Source: Octopus sinensis (lineage: Eukaryota). From it: DNA of 64,000 nt. The DNA lies in assembly GCF_006345805.1 (NCBI RefSeq), contig NC_043006.1, forward strand, positions 89,032,001-89,096,000. The letters are read 5' to 3'. The notes beneath the pieces were generated by a model. That model saw only the letters and a program-made list of their open reading frames with translations. It did no database searches and was not told the DNA's origin. Numbering within the stretch: the stretch's first letter is position 1; the number at the start of each line of letters is the position of its first letter. The position numbers and the translations under genes are program-made. Below, one piece after another: positions 35,750 through 48,900 of this stretch.

Positions 35750-37130
35750 TAACATTTAGTAAATATGAAATGATATAAATATGCAAAATATATACGGTGG
35801 GTGTATTCGAATGTAATTAAAACCAGATATAATTTGAATTTAAAAAACATGGAAATTATATGTGGCTACTTGCTTATAGACAGTATGATTCCATTTGTTT
35901 GGTTGAACTGGAGCGCATCACAACTTTCCCTTTCTGCTGTTCCTCGTATTGCGTTCAGGTGCACCGAAATACACTGTTTACTAATTTGGAGATTGGGTGG
36001 TTTAGAAAAATCCCAGCGTACTTGAATTTATTTGGCATGGTGGGGGGTTCACTATTTTTCGCATATTCAAATGACTCTTTTGAAAATATTACCCTTATAA
36101 ATTCGAAAGACGCTTTGTGATCTGAATCTATTGTGTACTCGTTAGCCTGTTACTCTATGGTGTACTCCATGATATTATCATGAGAAACTGAAGCCTTCTT
36201 ACACTTCTCGACATCTTTTATTGAAGTACACCCATCTTTCTCGAGGTCTTTTTATTTCTTTTTTTTTTTCAGAGATAATTTGTTCTTCTTGGTCCTACTG
36301 TACACCATCTCGCTTTTCACAAGACGATCACGCTGCTGGATGCTACAGGCAGCTGTGAGATCATTAGTCACTTGTTTCCAGGACCGGAAGTGAGGTGACC
36401 GTTGCCATCATTTCCAAAGCTGTGACCGACGGAACTCTCTAAGAGCTGAGACTTGTCAGCTGTTCTCCTTTGATTTTTGCTTCTCCACCGTTTTTCTCGC
36501 CTTTTCAGTTCTTCATAGTAAAATTCACTCAAGTAGTGTTTTATTACTAGAGGTATCAGTACAAGAGCTTTTGTCCTGCATATTCAGTCCCATATCTCTT
36601 TTCTAGGCGCCCTCAACAGGGCACGAATCCGCATTGTTTTATGGAATTTGTTTTTATTAGTACTTGCAAATCGATCCTGACCTCAGCCAACTACATGCCT
36701 TTTGTCACTCTTTCGCTACCCATACAGTGTTACAAGCCACACGTCATTGTTTCCAAGGTCCCAAATCATCACGTTTATATCTCTCTTTCCCTATTACTAG
36801 GGCACAAGTATAAGGTGGATGCATGTCTATTCCATCCTATGTTTTGCGTGAGTCTTCGGTCCTGAAAATAAACTAGACAGTACCATATGCTTTGCCATAC
36901 TCAGTTGAAAGAAATTCACTCGATATTTCTTGACTGGTTCTTTTAGCTGTTGTCCCAAAGACAGGTGGAGCTCTCGGTGAGCCTCTGAATACGCAGATTA
37001 GTTTTCATTTTGGATTACATTCTTGAATTACATTCCAGAGCAAAGAGGTACTGTCTCACTTTACACAATTCTTACAGTAAGAGATTTTTACCGTGGGATC
37101 TGTCCAATCAAAAAGTGAATGACCGACCAC
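35750..37130 (-). pseudogene. Heavily decayed L1/Tx1-type LINE (ORF1 plus start of APE)
   Basis: Stop-ridden translation EISSEFLSTEYGKAYGTV..DGIDM..QKACSW*GQDRF (degenerate knuckle), then LNAIRG..GIIL resembling an APE N-terminus. Confidence 0.4.
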
Positions 37131-37491
37131 AACACACATGCATGTGTACACATACATGCATACATACATGTGCATGAGCAAACACACCTAGATACCTATA
37201 ATTCAAGAAACGCGTATTCTTCCATGAATTAAACAAAGACCTTTAATTACCTTAATAAATAATACTAATAAACTATACCGAACCACCATCCATATAAAAA
37301 AAATATAGCATGCACACGCATAAACAAGTATACGGAAACCAGACGTTCAATACACAAAATAAAGACAGCCTTGACCACAGCACACACTCAAATATAGGTA
37401 CATACATACATACACACAGATACAAACGAACAAACAAACATGCTGAAGGACATATAATTAAAAAAATATACCCCTAGTGAAATAAACAAAC

Positions 37492-37542
37492 TTTCTACAT
37501 GCCTCAAATTTTCTACATGCCTCAAATTTTCTACATGCCTCA
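37492..37542. repeat. 18-bp tandem repeat, about 2.8 copies
   Basis: TTTCTACATGCCTCAAAT repeated. Confidence 0.9.
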
Positions 37543-38082
37543 CCAAAGTAACACAGCCATGATATACCACTTACAATTTCGTAAATACTTCCAATAAATA
37601 AATATCTCTGTAATTTATTTATAAACTCACAAATAAATCATTAAAATTCCCTGATTATCGTCCGTAACAACAGTATTGACAATCGCAGTACGAAGCAAAA
37701 TATATTTTGACAAATAAGCTTGAACAAAAATTGCACCAAAACAAACTTGACGAAAAACAGCCTTAACTAGATCTACAGATAAATCCAGGAAAAAAACATT
37801 AAAAGCACTTCCTTCACTCAGCAGCAAATATAAGAAAATAAACTCCTTACAACAAAATTAATCAATGGCGTCACAAGAAAATAATAACCAGTCAGCAAAC
37901 TCAAAACGCAAACCGCTGATGAAACATAAGAATGATACTACATCATCAAACTTGAGGAATGCTGTGGCACGAAACTTGAGTCACAAGATAAACATTTCGT
38001 TTGAATAAACCATATGCTCTATATGATGTACAACTCATATTGAAAACTTGCCATTCATTCGTTAAAATACTTCAACGGTCAA

Positions 38083-38084
<2 letters not shown>

Positions 38085-38158
<74 letters not shown>

Positions 38159-38175
38159 GTAGGTAGGTAGGTAGG

Positions 38176-38225
<50 letters not shown>

Positions 38226-38305
38226 TGTAGGTAGATAGATAGATAGATAGATAGGTAGGTAGGTAGGTAGGTAGGTAGGTAGGTAGGTAGGTAGGTAGGT
38301 AGGTA
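38085..38305. repeat. (GATA)n/(GGTA)n compound microsatellite
   Basis: Directly visible. Confidence 0.95.
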
Positions 38306-40065
38306 AGTTGGGATGTGTGTGCGTGTGGGCAGTGTCTTGTAAGCGCTACATTTACTTTTTGATCACCTTTATCCTACTGTATTATATACTTTATAGAAAG
38401 ATATGTCACCTGTACCAAGCTGGGTACCCCTCTTGGTACACCTGAATCTTTTTGTGCATACATAGTTGTTGGGGAAAGAGTTTTATTCTTAACAATTCCC
38501 ATAAACAGTGCATATTTTTTCATAGAATAATTGACATGCCCAAAGAACCTTGAATACTGATAACCCTGGTAACAACAAACTTTCATATATTATCGATCGT
38601 TTTTTAACATCTTTGATTAATCTATTTCGCCTAACTAAAGATTGCTGACATTACATAAAACCGTTGAGGTCTAAGGAATTACATTATACATTTTTATAAA
38701 GTAGATATACAAACCAGTAAAATAGTTTATACGTGGCCACCAGAATTACTAGACGAAGCAGTTAACTTTGCATAAAGTAGTATCCTGTCTATTAAAAAAG
38801 AACTTACCTTATGTACATACTGTAAGCATAAAATACAGGATGATTTCGGTTGGGGCAACATTGGTAATAGGTTGGCCGAATCAGGTATGAGATGAAGCTA
38901 ATCACTATTTTTATTTATTTCTGGATAAACGTCATCAGTATAATGTATGTAGTTTAACCATAGATACTGAACCTAGTTGATTTTGATAAACAAATGTGTA
39001 ATAAATTTAACTAGGAGATATCATAATTATGTTCTATCCTAGCAGAGTTATTATCCCAGTAAAAACACACATATCAGTTCTATTTCGCTCCTTCTATTAT
39101 AATCACTCGTATATTTAACCGTTTAACAAAGTAATTGTTAATCAATCAATCAATCAGCTAGGTTTGTCAGAATTTTTCCTCGTTATTTGTAACCCCATTA
39201 ATGGCATGCCCTATCTACTCCAAGTCTGACTGACGAATCTAGCTGCTTGATTGACTGACCAAAGAATTAATCAGACAATTTTTAAGTTAATTGGTTAGAT
39301 GGTTAAGTATTTAACTAATACCGATAAAGGAAGTGAAACAGAACTAGCACGTGTACTTTTATTAGCATAATGACCTCCCGAGATACAACAAAATCTATTT
39401 CAACATACGTTCCCATATCAAAAATCTTGCAAATCAAATGCAAAATTATCATAATTAGTTGTAATTAAATTTACGATGAGTAGATGGTATATTGGCTCAG
39501 TAGCTAATACTATTCAAATATATTGAGGACAAGAAGTGACTACTTCAAAATTTAAATTAATCAAAATTTAGGAATTATCGCCTCTTTACCTTGTCCAGAT
39601 TTTGTTTAACATTAGTCACCCAGCTTATGTTAACCTCTCCTTAATGCAGAGATAGTTTTAATTTATTGAAATTTTTTGCTCACCACATTTAATTAATACT
39701 CATTCAAGTGTTGCGTGCTGATAGTGTCCCGGGGTAATTTCCATCGGTCTAGGCGATCGTTCGGCTGGTAGTAGTTCAACACTATTGAGCCAACTCGCCG
39801 TTGTTTTTGTTCATTTCTATTGTACGGTGATCTACATACGTTAATGAAGCAACAGACAACTATTTAGCTGAAAGCTACACATCTTCACTCTGCTTCCGTC
39901 GCACCATTCTTTCCAATTAGATGGTATCGATTGTTTATTAAATTTCCTCCTAAAATTCAATTTCTAAGTTTAGTTAGATACTTCCATCCTCTTCCCCACT
40001 TTTCGCACGCGTGCGTGCGTGCGCACACATCACACGTACACACATTGATACATATACACACATCA

Positions 40066-40067
<2 letters not shown>

Positions 40068-40121
<54 letters not shown>
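40068..40121. repeat. (CA)n microsatellite
   Basis: Directly visible. Confidence 0.95.
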
Positions 40122-40125
<4 letters not shown>

Positions 40126-40320
40126 TGTCCTTTACTCAATCCATCTAAATAGCGATTTCTATTTGTAGACATTTGCACGAATTCACGTTCGTTCTTCGAA
40201 TATTTAATTAGTTCTTTGAAGACATTTACATTTTTAGGGATTACTTCAGCTGAATTCATTTGATTCAAAAGCCTCCTGACGTTTTAGAATTGGTCTTTAT
40301 TTAAAGATATTCTCTCTTTC

Positions 40321-40355
<35 letters not shown>

Positions 40356-41660
40356 TTATCTATCTATCTCTTTCTCTTTCTATCTGTCTCCTTCCCTCCC
40401 CCCCCCCGTCACATCTATCTTCTTAATGGTAAATTGCCAATTCTATTCACAATTTCAACATTGAACCAAATATCAGTCGTTAACCGAAAATCTCAGCAAC
40501 TAAGCCACGTCTATTTTCTTATTTCTCTTCCTTATTCTACTGGAGTTTAGAAATAGATAGTTGTTTGGCGAATATCTCAAAATGTGTTTGACAATGCTTC
40601 TGAAGAGAAACAGAGCAAAAGAAATTTAGTTGGACAATTTTGCTGGAAGTACCAAGACACTGTGTACATTGTATTTCTTTCTTTTGTCAATGTGACTTGT
40701 TTATTTGCTTGACCATTTTTTTCCTTTTCCTTCTCTAATTTGGGAGGATTTTATATCTCAGAGCTGTAAACTAACATTTATCTAAAATTTATTTATTTCT
40801 AGACAGTTTCTGACTTGACTGGAGTTTTCGTTCCTCTCGTTTAATCGTCTTTTCGTTCTGCGTTGCTTTTCTTCGTCTTTTTTCTGTCCATTTCATACTT
40901 ACTCCTCTTTCTATTCCTTCTAATTCGTATCTATTTATTTCCTTATATTTCTCCTTCTGACTTGTATACATTCCTTCTACTTTAACTTAATACGTTTTCT
41001 TACACTGAATTTATTAATTCATACACAACAAAATGTCTTTTTGTAATTTCGGCCAGTGATTTATTGTCAATCCGACGACATTGTCAGTACTTAGACGAGA
41101 ATTCAATAAATCGTCTGCAACTAAATAAGAGAGCATGCTACCTCTGCAATATTATTCCTGATAATTATTCAAACAAGAATCGAAAATGCCATTCTGTGAT
41201 TGATGATTATGTTTGTTCTATTTAACATTAGTTTTAAGCCCAAAACTCTTTTATAACGAGACTAAATCTCCCATACTGACTATAGTCACAGACGATATCG
41301 GTACAGCTTCTGTGGTCACGGTGAATGAACACTGCACTGAATGGTTAATAGTAAGTATTTTTGAGTCTCGTGTAAAGAAGTTCAGATCAAGATCAATTTC
41401 TTTTATCATCATAAATTTAAGATCAATAACGTAGTATTTCAAATCCAATATAATTTTTTGGCAACGAAATTTAATCCGTATCTAGGGAGAAGAAATGATT
41501 ATCTTTTCAGTTGTTTTAATACACATTATTTTGCACCATCTGCGTTCCTGGCTGCGTTGTATCGTATTTAGGAGAATCTGAAAGTATTTGTATGTTGTTA
41601 CATTTAATTACCAAGGTTGTTGGGATTTGGGTCGTTTCTCATATTAATTACGGATTTCAT

Positions 41661-41862
41661 ATTTTGGCACAAGGCCAGCAAGTTTGGAAAAGGGGATAAG
41701 TCGATTGCATCGACCTCAGTATTCAACTGATACTTATTTTATCGACTCCGAAAGGATGAAAGGCAAAGTCGATCTCGGTGGAATTTGAACTTGCGAACGT
41801 AAAGACGGACGAAATGCCGCCAAGTATTTTGCCCGGGTTGCAGAATCTGCTGGCTTGCCGCC
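41661..41862 (-). mobile_element. tRNA-derived SINE family C
   Basis: Reverse complement of the 43414 copy: GGCGG..head, GTTCAAATTCC B-box, GTCGACTTTGCCTTTCATCCTTTCGG central block. Confidence 0.85.
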
Positions 41863-42452
41863 TTATCCTGAAGATTCTCATATTAATTAATGTATTTGTT
41901 TGTTGTGTAGAATCTATGCTCTAAAATGGGTGGTGGTTGTATAGAGTTTGATCGGCTTGAGTTAGATTTTAATATTAGCAGACAACTGCGTAGTATGTAT
42001 ATGTTGTGTAGGTTGTGCTGTGTAATTGGTAGAGATTGTATAGAAAGTGTACGGCTGGAATTATGTTACCGATTTGAGTATAGAACGTGGGATCTTCATT
42101 TCTTCGAGGTGTGTTTAGGAGCGGCAGCATGTAAAGTTTTTATGTCATGCTGTGGTTAATATACTTTACTTTATATTTTCTATCACAACCACGTTGTTGC
42201 TGTTGTCGTTGTTGCTGCTGCTGCTACTGTTGTTGTTATTACTTAAGGCGGCGTGCTAACACAATTGTTGGTGCATCGGACAAAATGCTTAGAGACATTT
42301 CATCCGGGTCTTTACATTCTGATTTCAAATACAGTCAAAGTCAACTTTGCTTTTCCATCCTTTTGGAGTTGATAAAATAAAGTGTTGCTTTTCCTCGAAA
42401 GTTCAGGCCTTGTGCCTATAGTAGAAATAATTATTATCATCATTATTATTGT

Positions 42453-42690
42453 GGAGGCGCGTGGCTCAGTGGTTAGGGTGTTGAACACATGATCGTAAAA
42501 AATTGTGGTTTCGACTCCTGGAATGGAGCAAAACACTTTATTTCACGTTGCTCCAATCCACTCAGCTGGCAAAAATGAATAATCTTGCAACGGACTGACG
42601 TCCCGTCCAGTGGGGAAATACATGCACCAAGAGAACCGGGAAAGCGGCCTTATGAGTTTATATGACTCACGAAGGAGCTTCATCCCTTTA
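42453..42690 (+). mobile_element. SINE with family A head
   Basis: GGAGGCGCGTGGCTCAGTGGTTAGG, GTTTCGACTCC, CACGTTGCTCCAATCCACTCAGCTGGCAAAA. Confidence 0.75.
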
Positions 42691-42699
42691 TCCTATTAT

Positions 42700-42842
42700 T
42701 GGCAGAACCGTTAGAACGCTGGGCAAAATGCTGAGGGGTATTTCGTCCGTCTTTATGTTCTGTGTTCAAATTTCGCCGGGGTCGATAAAATAAGTACCGT
42801 TTAGCACTTCCCCAAAAGTTGCTGACCTTGTACCAAAATTTT
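42700..42842 (+). mobile_element. SINE family C, internally deleted, ending in (AGT)n
   Basis: GGCAGAACCGTTAG..GTTCAAATTTCGCC GGGGTCGATAAAATAAGTACC. Confidence 0.75.
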
Positions 42843-43413
42843 AAATTAGTAGTAGTAGTAGTAGTAGTAGTACATTGTGTCTGGTGGTCTGTCTGTATTC
42901 TAAGGTTCTACAGTATTTTCTCATTGCTATCTTTTTTTATGACAGGTGCAAGTTCATATGAATTGGAGTCTTTGCATGGAGCAGTTGAGATTAGGTGAAT
43001 GGGTATACGTAGAGTAAATCTCCGGCGTTATTGAATCTCCAAAAATATTTTGTTGAAGCTTGTTGTTGTTGGCTAGCCCCAAGTCCTCTTTGATGGAGCA
43101 GCATTATGAGCAAAAGCATTCTGGCCACGACCTACTCGTCTTTCTTCTGACAGAATTGCTTTGGTACTATATTATTCAATGTTTCTAAAAAGGTGGACCA
43201 TGGTTTGAAAGAGATTTAGCTGTCATTTCTGGCTGTTCAAGCGACCACATAGAAGTTCTCTAGTTAGCTCTAGTGATACTATAGAGTATACTACCTCAGA
43301 AAATATGCCACACATGTGACATTTCTCTTTTATATTGTACGAACTGTAGCTCTTCCTTCCAATATATCATGTGGCGATACTTTGTTCTCGCACCGCCAAT
43401 ATTATTTCTTCTA

Positions 43414-44005
43414 AAGGCGGTGAGCTAGCAGAAACGTTAGCATGCTGGGCGAAATACTTAGCGGTATTTCGTCTGCTGCTACGTTCTGAGTTCAAATTCC
43501 GCCGAGGTCGACTTTGCCTTTCATCCTTTCGGGGTCGATTAAATAAGTACCAGTTACGCACTGGGGTCGATATAATCGACTTAATCCGTTTGTCTGTCCT
43601 TGTTTGTCTTGTATGTGTTTGGCCCCTTGTGGGTATTAAAGAAATAGGTATTTCGTCTGTCGCTACGTTCTGAGTTCAAATTCCGCCGAGATCGACTTTG
43701 CTTTTTATCCTTTCAGAGTCGATAAATTAAGTACCAGTTGCGCACTGGGGTCGATCTAATTGACTGGCCCCCTCCCCAAAACTTTCAGGCCTTGTGCCTA
43801 GAGTAGAAAAGAATATTGTTACTTCTAAGACGGAGAACTGGCAAAATTGTTAGCACGCCGGGCGTAACGCTTAGCGGCATTTAGTGTTTACGTTCTGAGT
43901 TTAAATTCCACCGAGGTCGACTTTGACTTTCTTCTTTCCGGGGTTAATAAAATAAATACCTGTTGAGCACGATCTTGCTAGCCTTGTGCCAAAATTTAAA
44001 ATCAG
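43414..44005 (+). mobile_element. Three tandem SINE family C units (43414-43645, 43647-43817, 43826-44005)
   Basis: Repeated GAGTTCAAATTCCGCCGAGGTCGACTTTG block. The first unit ends in a Tx1-like tail; the others end in GCCTTGTGCC tails. Confidence 0.85.
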
Positions 44006-44769
44006 TATGTGTTACTTCTCTTGCTGATTCAAGATAGATTGGTTTATCCAGACCTGAATAGATTTTCTTAAATCTTATATAATCATCCGTTTCTCGGAGG
44101 TATTGGTTATGCAAAGATATGTCTTGCAAAAATAATTCTCCGATAAGCTGTCTTTATAATCACAATGAAATTGTATTGTGAAAGAGTTTCGCCAAAATTT
44201 CACGCCACTTTTATGGTAACTGAAATGCCGTGTAAAAATTATTTCTATTATTCCAACTGTGTAAAGTTCCCGTGAGGATTTCCATTAGTGAGCATTTCCA
44301 TTAGTAAGCATCCTTTCACACGATTTCCACAAGTGTTTCAAAGTATGAGCGAGGATCAGAGAAAGGCGGCTGATGAAAAGATATAAACTGTAAAGATGGA
44401 TGAAAATGTGCATTGCGTTACAATCAAAATAGAAAACAATTTAAGCAAGGGCAAGTCAAATGAATATGACAGGAGTAAACACAACCAAGAACACAAATCT
44501 CTTCCCATCAGCTGTTGGCTGAAATTTGGTGATTGGCACATTAACACCAGCATTACTAGCTTCGATGTACCTGTAGGTTTTTAAAAAATTGCTAGAGAAA
44601 GGGGGAGTAAAAACATGACTATAATAAAGTATTGGGCAAGAAGACGTGGAAAAGAGCAACGATACATCACGAGACAAGATGACAAATATTCGAGGATATG
44701 TGAAAACAGCTGAGAGGAAGAGATTTGTATTTTTGTATTTCTGTTTCGTATTCATTTAAAGTCTTCTCT

Positions 44770-44948
44770 GTGCTTAATTTTTCTCTCTTACTCTCTCTCC
44801 TTCTCTCTCTCTCTCTCTCTTTGTATCTCTCTCTTTCTCTCTCTTTACATATATGTATGAGTGTGTGCATGTGTGCCCAGCTCTCTCTCCTCACTCCCTC
44901 TTTTCATCACTTTCACTATCTCTCTCTGTCTCTGTCTCTGAGTGTTTA

Positions 44949-45041
<93 letters not shown>
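44770..45041. repeat. (CT)n microsatellite
   Basis: Directly visible. Confidence 0.95.
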
Positions 45042-45044
<3 letters not shown>

Positions 45045-45454
45045 GAGTTTGTCTATATGTATGTGTGTATACAAGCGGAGAGGAAAGAACATAAAATTAT
45101 GAAGATATATAACAAGGTAGATAGGAATAAGGAAGAGAACGAGTGATTACCGAAGTGAGTTAAAGAGAATAAGCTTATAAAGTGAAAATGAGAAATGGAA
45201 TGATAGACATAGATATAGGGAGATGGTTGTAGATAAGAGAAAGAAAGGATGAGTGACACGAGAAAATAAGAGGTGAGAATTTGTATAGAAAGTGGGAGGT
45301 GAAGGCGGAGGGAGTAGAGGCAAGAAGAAGAAGAACAACAACAACAACAACATTAACATCAACAACAACAACTAAAAACAAATATGGGATGATATACACC
45401 GAAGAAAGATAAACATTGATCAAAAGAAGTGAAAAAGGAACAATGATCGAGTGA

Positions 45455-45590
45455 ACTGAGAGATGCAGTGAGAGAGAGAGAGGCAGAGAAAGAGAGAGAG
45501 GCAGAGAAAGAGAGAGAGGCAGAGAGAGGCAGAGAAAGAGTGAGAGGCAGAGAGAGGGAGAGAAAGAGAGAGAGGGTGAGAGAGAGGCAA
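45455..45590. repeat. (GA)n-derived minisatellite (GAGGCAGAGAAAGAGAGA units)
   Basis: Directly visible. Confidence 0.85.
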
Positions 45591-46468
45591 CAGGGAGTAT
45601 AAAAGAGAGTACAAAGATGATCAGAGAGGGACAGAACAAAAGAGGAGAGAAAAGAGAGTCAAAGAGAGTTGTGAAAAAGAAGAGAAAAACAAAGAGAGAA
45701 AAAGCGATATTCGAACGTTTTCAAAGGAATGTTAAAATATATATAAAAATGTTTTAATTATAGCAAAAGCCTATTACTACTAATGGTGAAACAGGAAATT
45801 TTCATTATTGAATTTTTAAAGTTCTTATGCATTTAGTTTTATTATGTTGCCGTTTCATATTATTATATTTTATTTTGCAGTTGTTTTAGTTAACCTGTTT
45901 CTTTTTTTTTTATCTAAATTAGGAAATAGTGTTTTTTGTTTCTATTTTATACCCTTTTTTTTTTTTGCTAATTTAGGAAGTTCGAAATGTAGTATACTTT
46001 TTTATTTCGCATTCATTTATTTTTTGTCATACTGTCACTCCGTCTTTTTTTTCTTTTTCTTCTAAATTAGTAAAATTTCAGTTTTTCAGCTAAATTAGGA
46101 AATAGTTAAGTTTTTCACAAATTAGGAAATATATAAAAATATTTTCTATTTCATTTACTTACTTTTTTTTAACAGAATCAGGATTTTGCTGGAAATTTTC
46201 AGTCATTTTTTTCTTCATAACTTTCTGGATTTGTTGTTTAGAATTTCTAAAATGTGTGTGTTCAAGCATGTGTATGTGTGTGTGTGTGCGCGGGCGTGTG
46301 TGTGTTGTTAGTGTATGTGTGCAAGTATATAAGACTGTTAAATTTAGGTTGTATAGTTATGTTGCGAATTAGACTTTTCAATCTACTGTAATTGCACATG
46401 TAAACAAACACACTTATGTATATGCGTATATTTGTGAAAGTGTAGATAAGTGCACACATAGATGCATA

Positions 46469-46470
<2 letters not shown>

Positions 46471-46536
<66 letters not shown>
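46471..46536. repeat. (ATT)n microsatellite
   Basis: Directly visible. Confidence 0.97.
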
Positions 46537-46539
<3 letters not shown>

Positions 46540-46943
46540 GAAGCTAAAGCTTCTTAAATTTTAATACTAGTATGCAGCTTACCGATTACGCAGATGATTG
46601 AAGAAGGGGCATTGCAAGGCAATACATAAGCAGAAATATTTAAAAGCACATTGAAAAAAGATTAGTCATTGCGCTATGACATTGTTTGTGAAATCAGTCC
46701 GTAAATGAGTTGCTTATTCATATATTCAGTTCGCAAAGCACGTGATAGATTCATTTATTCACATGCAAAAATGCGTGTTATTTTTATGTCTTCCGTATCA
46801 TGTGTGTCAAATACATGAAAGCAAAGGAATATGGACCGTTTGTTAATGGCATTTTAGTTTGATGATTTTTTTTTTCATTCGACGAACATCTTTCGAAGTA
46901 TGGGAAAACCATTGTGTAAGAAACAAACTATTTTAGCGAGCTG

Positions 46944-48900
46944 TTAGAAATTCCTCAATAAAAATCAATGGCAGTGTATGCAAGAATTCCCCAGTTTGTA
47001 TCTTTTATCTAGAATTGCAAAAGGCTGTAATAAAATGTCCTTCTTCTCCACTAGATAACTGTTACATTTTCTGGCGTCTTTGATATAAAGAGATGCGTAT
47101 TCTGCAATGGACAAATCAATTATATAACTGTTAATACTATCATCTTTTGAATTCCATATATATTTGGAGAGGGGAGTGGAGTGGCATCTTACTGAATGTC
47201 TGAATATTTGCGTGCATGTGAGATTCTCTTTTCATTTGAAAGGATTTTTCAGTAAACCCTAAACAGCTTTCTTTTTTTCCATTATTGCTATTTTCAAGAG
47301 GACACTAGATTGATAAACTAATTCTTTAGAAAGACTCATACCTTTGAGAGAGCAGCAACGAAGGTCATTGCATTTACAAAGAGAAGGGGATATTTTGAGC
47401 GTTTGTACAGGAAAGGTTTCCTCTGTCGATACTGGCTCTGGAAGTAGCGATACTACAGTTCACCGTATATCTACTTATACTAAATGTCTTATGATACGTA
47501 GGTGTATTGAGTAATGCTTATTTATAAAGCTTAGAAAGAGCCTGACAACATTGGAACAAACATTTAAGCTATATGGAGGATTATGCCATTTACTATTTCG
47601 CTTCCGATTTTTATACTTATAAATAATAGTGATGTTCTGTATACAAAATATTCTAAAGCTTTTGCATTTAAATGAGTCATGTATAAAATATTTTTTTCAA
47701 AGGATAAGCTGGATATACACTTGCTTATATTATTGAATAAGTTTTTTGTTGATTCTAAGGATAAGTTTTTCATTTGTGTTTATATACTGCATTTTCTAGT
47801 TAGGTTTATTATAAGAGTAATAATTTCCGGTAACTAAATTTAGTATTACTTCTATTGAATTAGCAATACTTAGATCCATATCTACTGTGATCTTTAAATC
47901 TAACGTTTTGAATATGTTGAGGAACTTCTTAAAATAAATGGCACCTCATCACGGAAGAAACCGAACTCTGCAGAGTTGAAACTTCTCCGAAGTAAACATA
48001 TGAAGAGATGTTTGCATACTTCATTTCCATCGTACATCAAACAATTGTTGACCACAACATTTATCTCGAAATAATCATATTAACATAACAAAGATTCTCA
48101 AGAATGCAAAATAATAATAATGATATCCGATTCCCTTTTTGTCACTTTATTGAATTCTAAAGCTTTTTGAAGGGTGATTTAATTATATATACAAATAAAA
48201 CTCTAGACTGTCGAACTCTATAGATTTATAAAGGTATTCTATGTCAATTTACCACTTGGTAAATGATTTACAATTATTCTATAACGGAAGACTATTTAAT
48301 AGGCCGAAATCTAAAATACGTTTACAACCCCGAACTGTCTCACTTTTTCTCGATTTCATCATCTAAATTTTTGGTTGACAAGAGAACTATCTTTACGGTT
48401 CCTAAATATACTTTATGGTTTACGTAACGCTAAATTGTATATTCAACCGTCAATTTTTGAAGTTCGTAGCCCTTTGTTTAGCTTCTAAACAATTCGCATG
48501 GTAATTGTTATGGCCGGTTTTCTCATAATTTTTGATGATATTGTTGAAAAGGCATTTATGGTATATGCACATGTCAGCTTTGTACATATTTTGGGCTTTG
48601 CTGGAAGAAAAATGAATGCGTAACATGCTTAAAAATCGTTGAATGATTTTTTTTAAACTTGTTTTTATCATATTGAGACGATCGGGCTCAGAGTCCCAGT
48701 GCTTTATTCTGTGAAGTTCATATACAACATCTGAAACTTAGCTCGTTTGTCTTGGTAGTATCTGTATTCTCTTTATTGATGAATGACTTCCATCTCATCA
48801 TCATCTTGATTATATCTTTGGTTCTTTAATGCACTCTTCTTTGGTTAGCATCGGGACATTTTTCGCCTATTTTAGAAACTACTTTTCTATTTTCAGCTTC
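46944..48900 (-). pseudogene. Decayed Naiad-type Penelope-like retroelement ORF (RT, CCHH linker, GIY-YIG endonuclease)
   Basis: Colinear motifs on the minus strand: SETVRGCKRILD; IEFDSLEFY; MYDGNEVC..GFFRDE; LKITVDMDL..NLVTGNYYSYNKPN; NRKRNSKWHNPPYSLNV; CKC..C.LKG..LSKELVYQS; STPLSKYIW; CNSYLVEK; CIHCH*FLLRNF* ending at 46944. Confidence 0.85.

Noticed and set aside
46944-47381. Selenocysteine-encoding TGA codons in the Naiad endonuclease region
   Set aside because: The TGA codons do not align with conserved Cys positions, and no SECIS was recognised.
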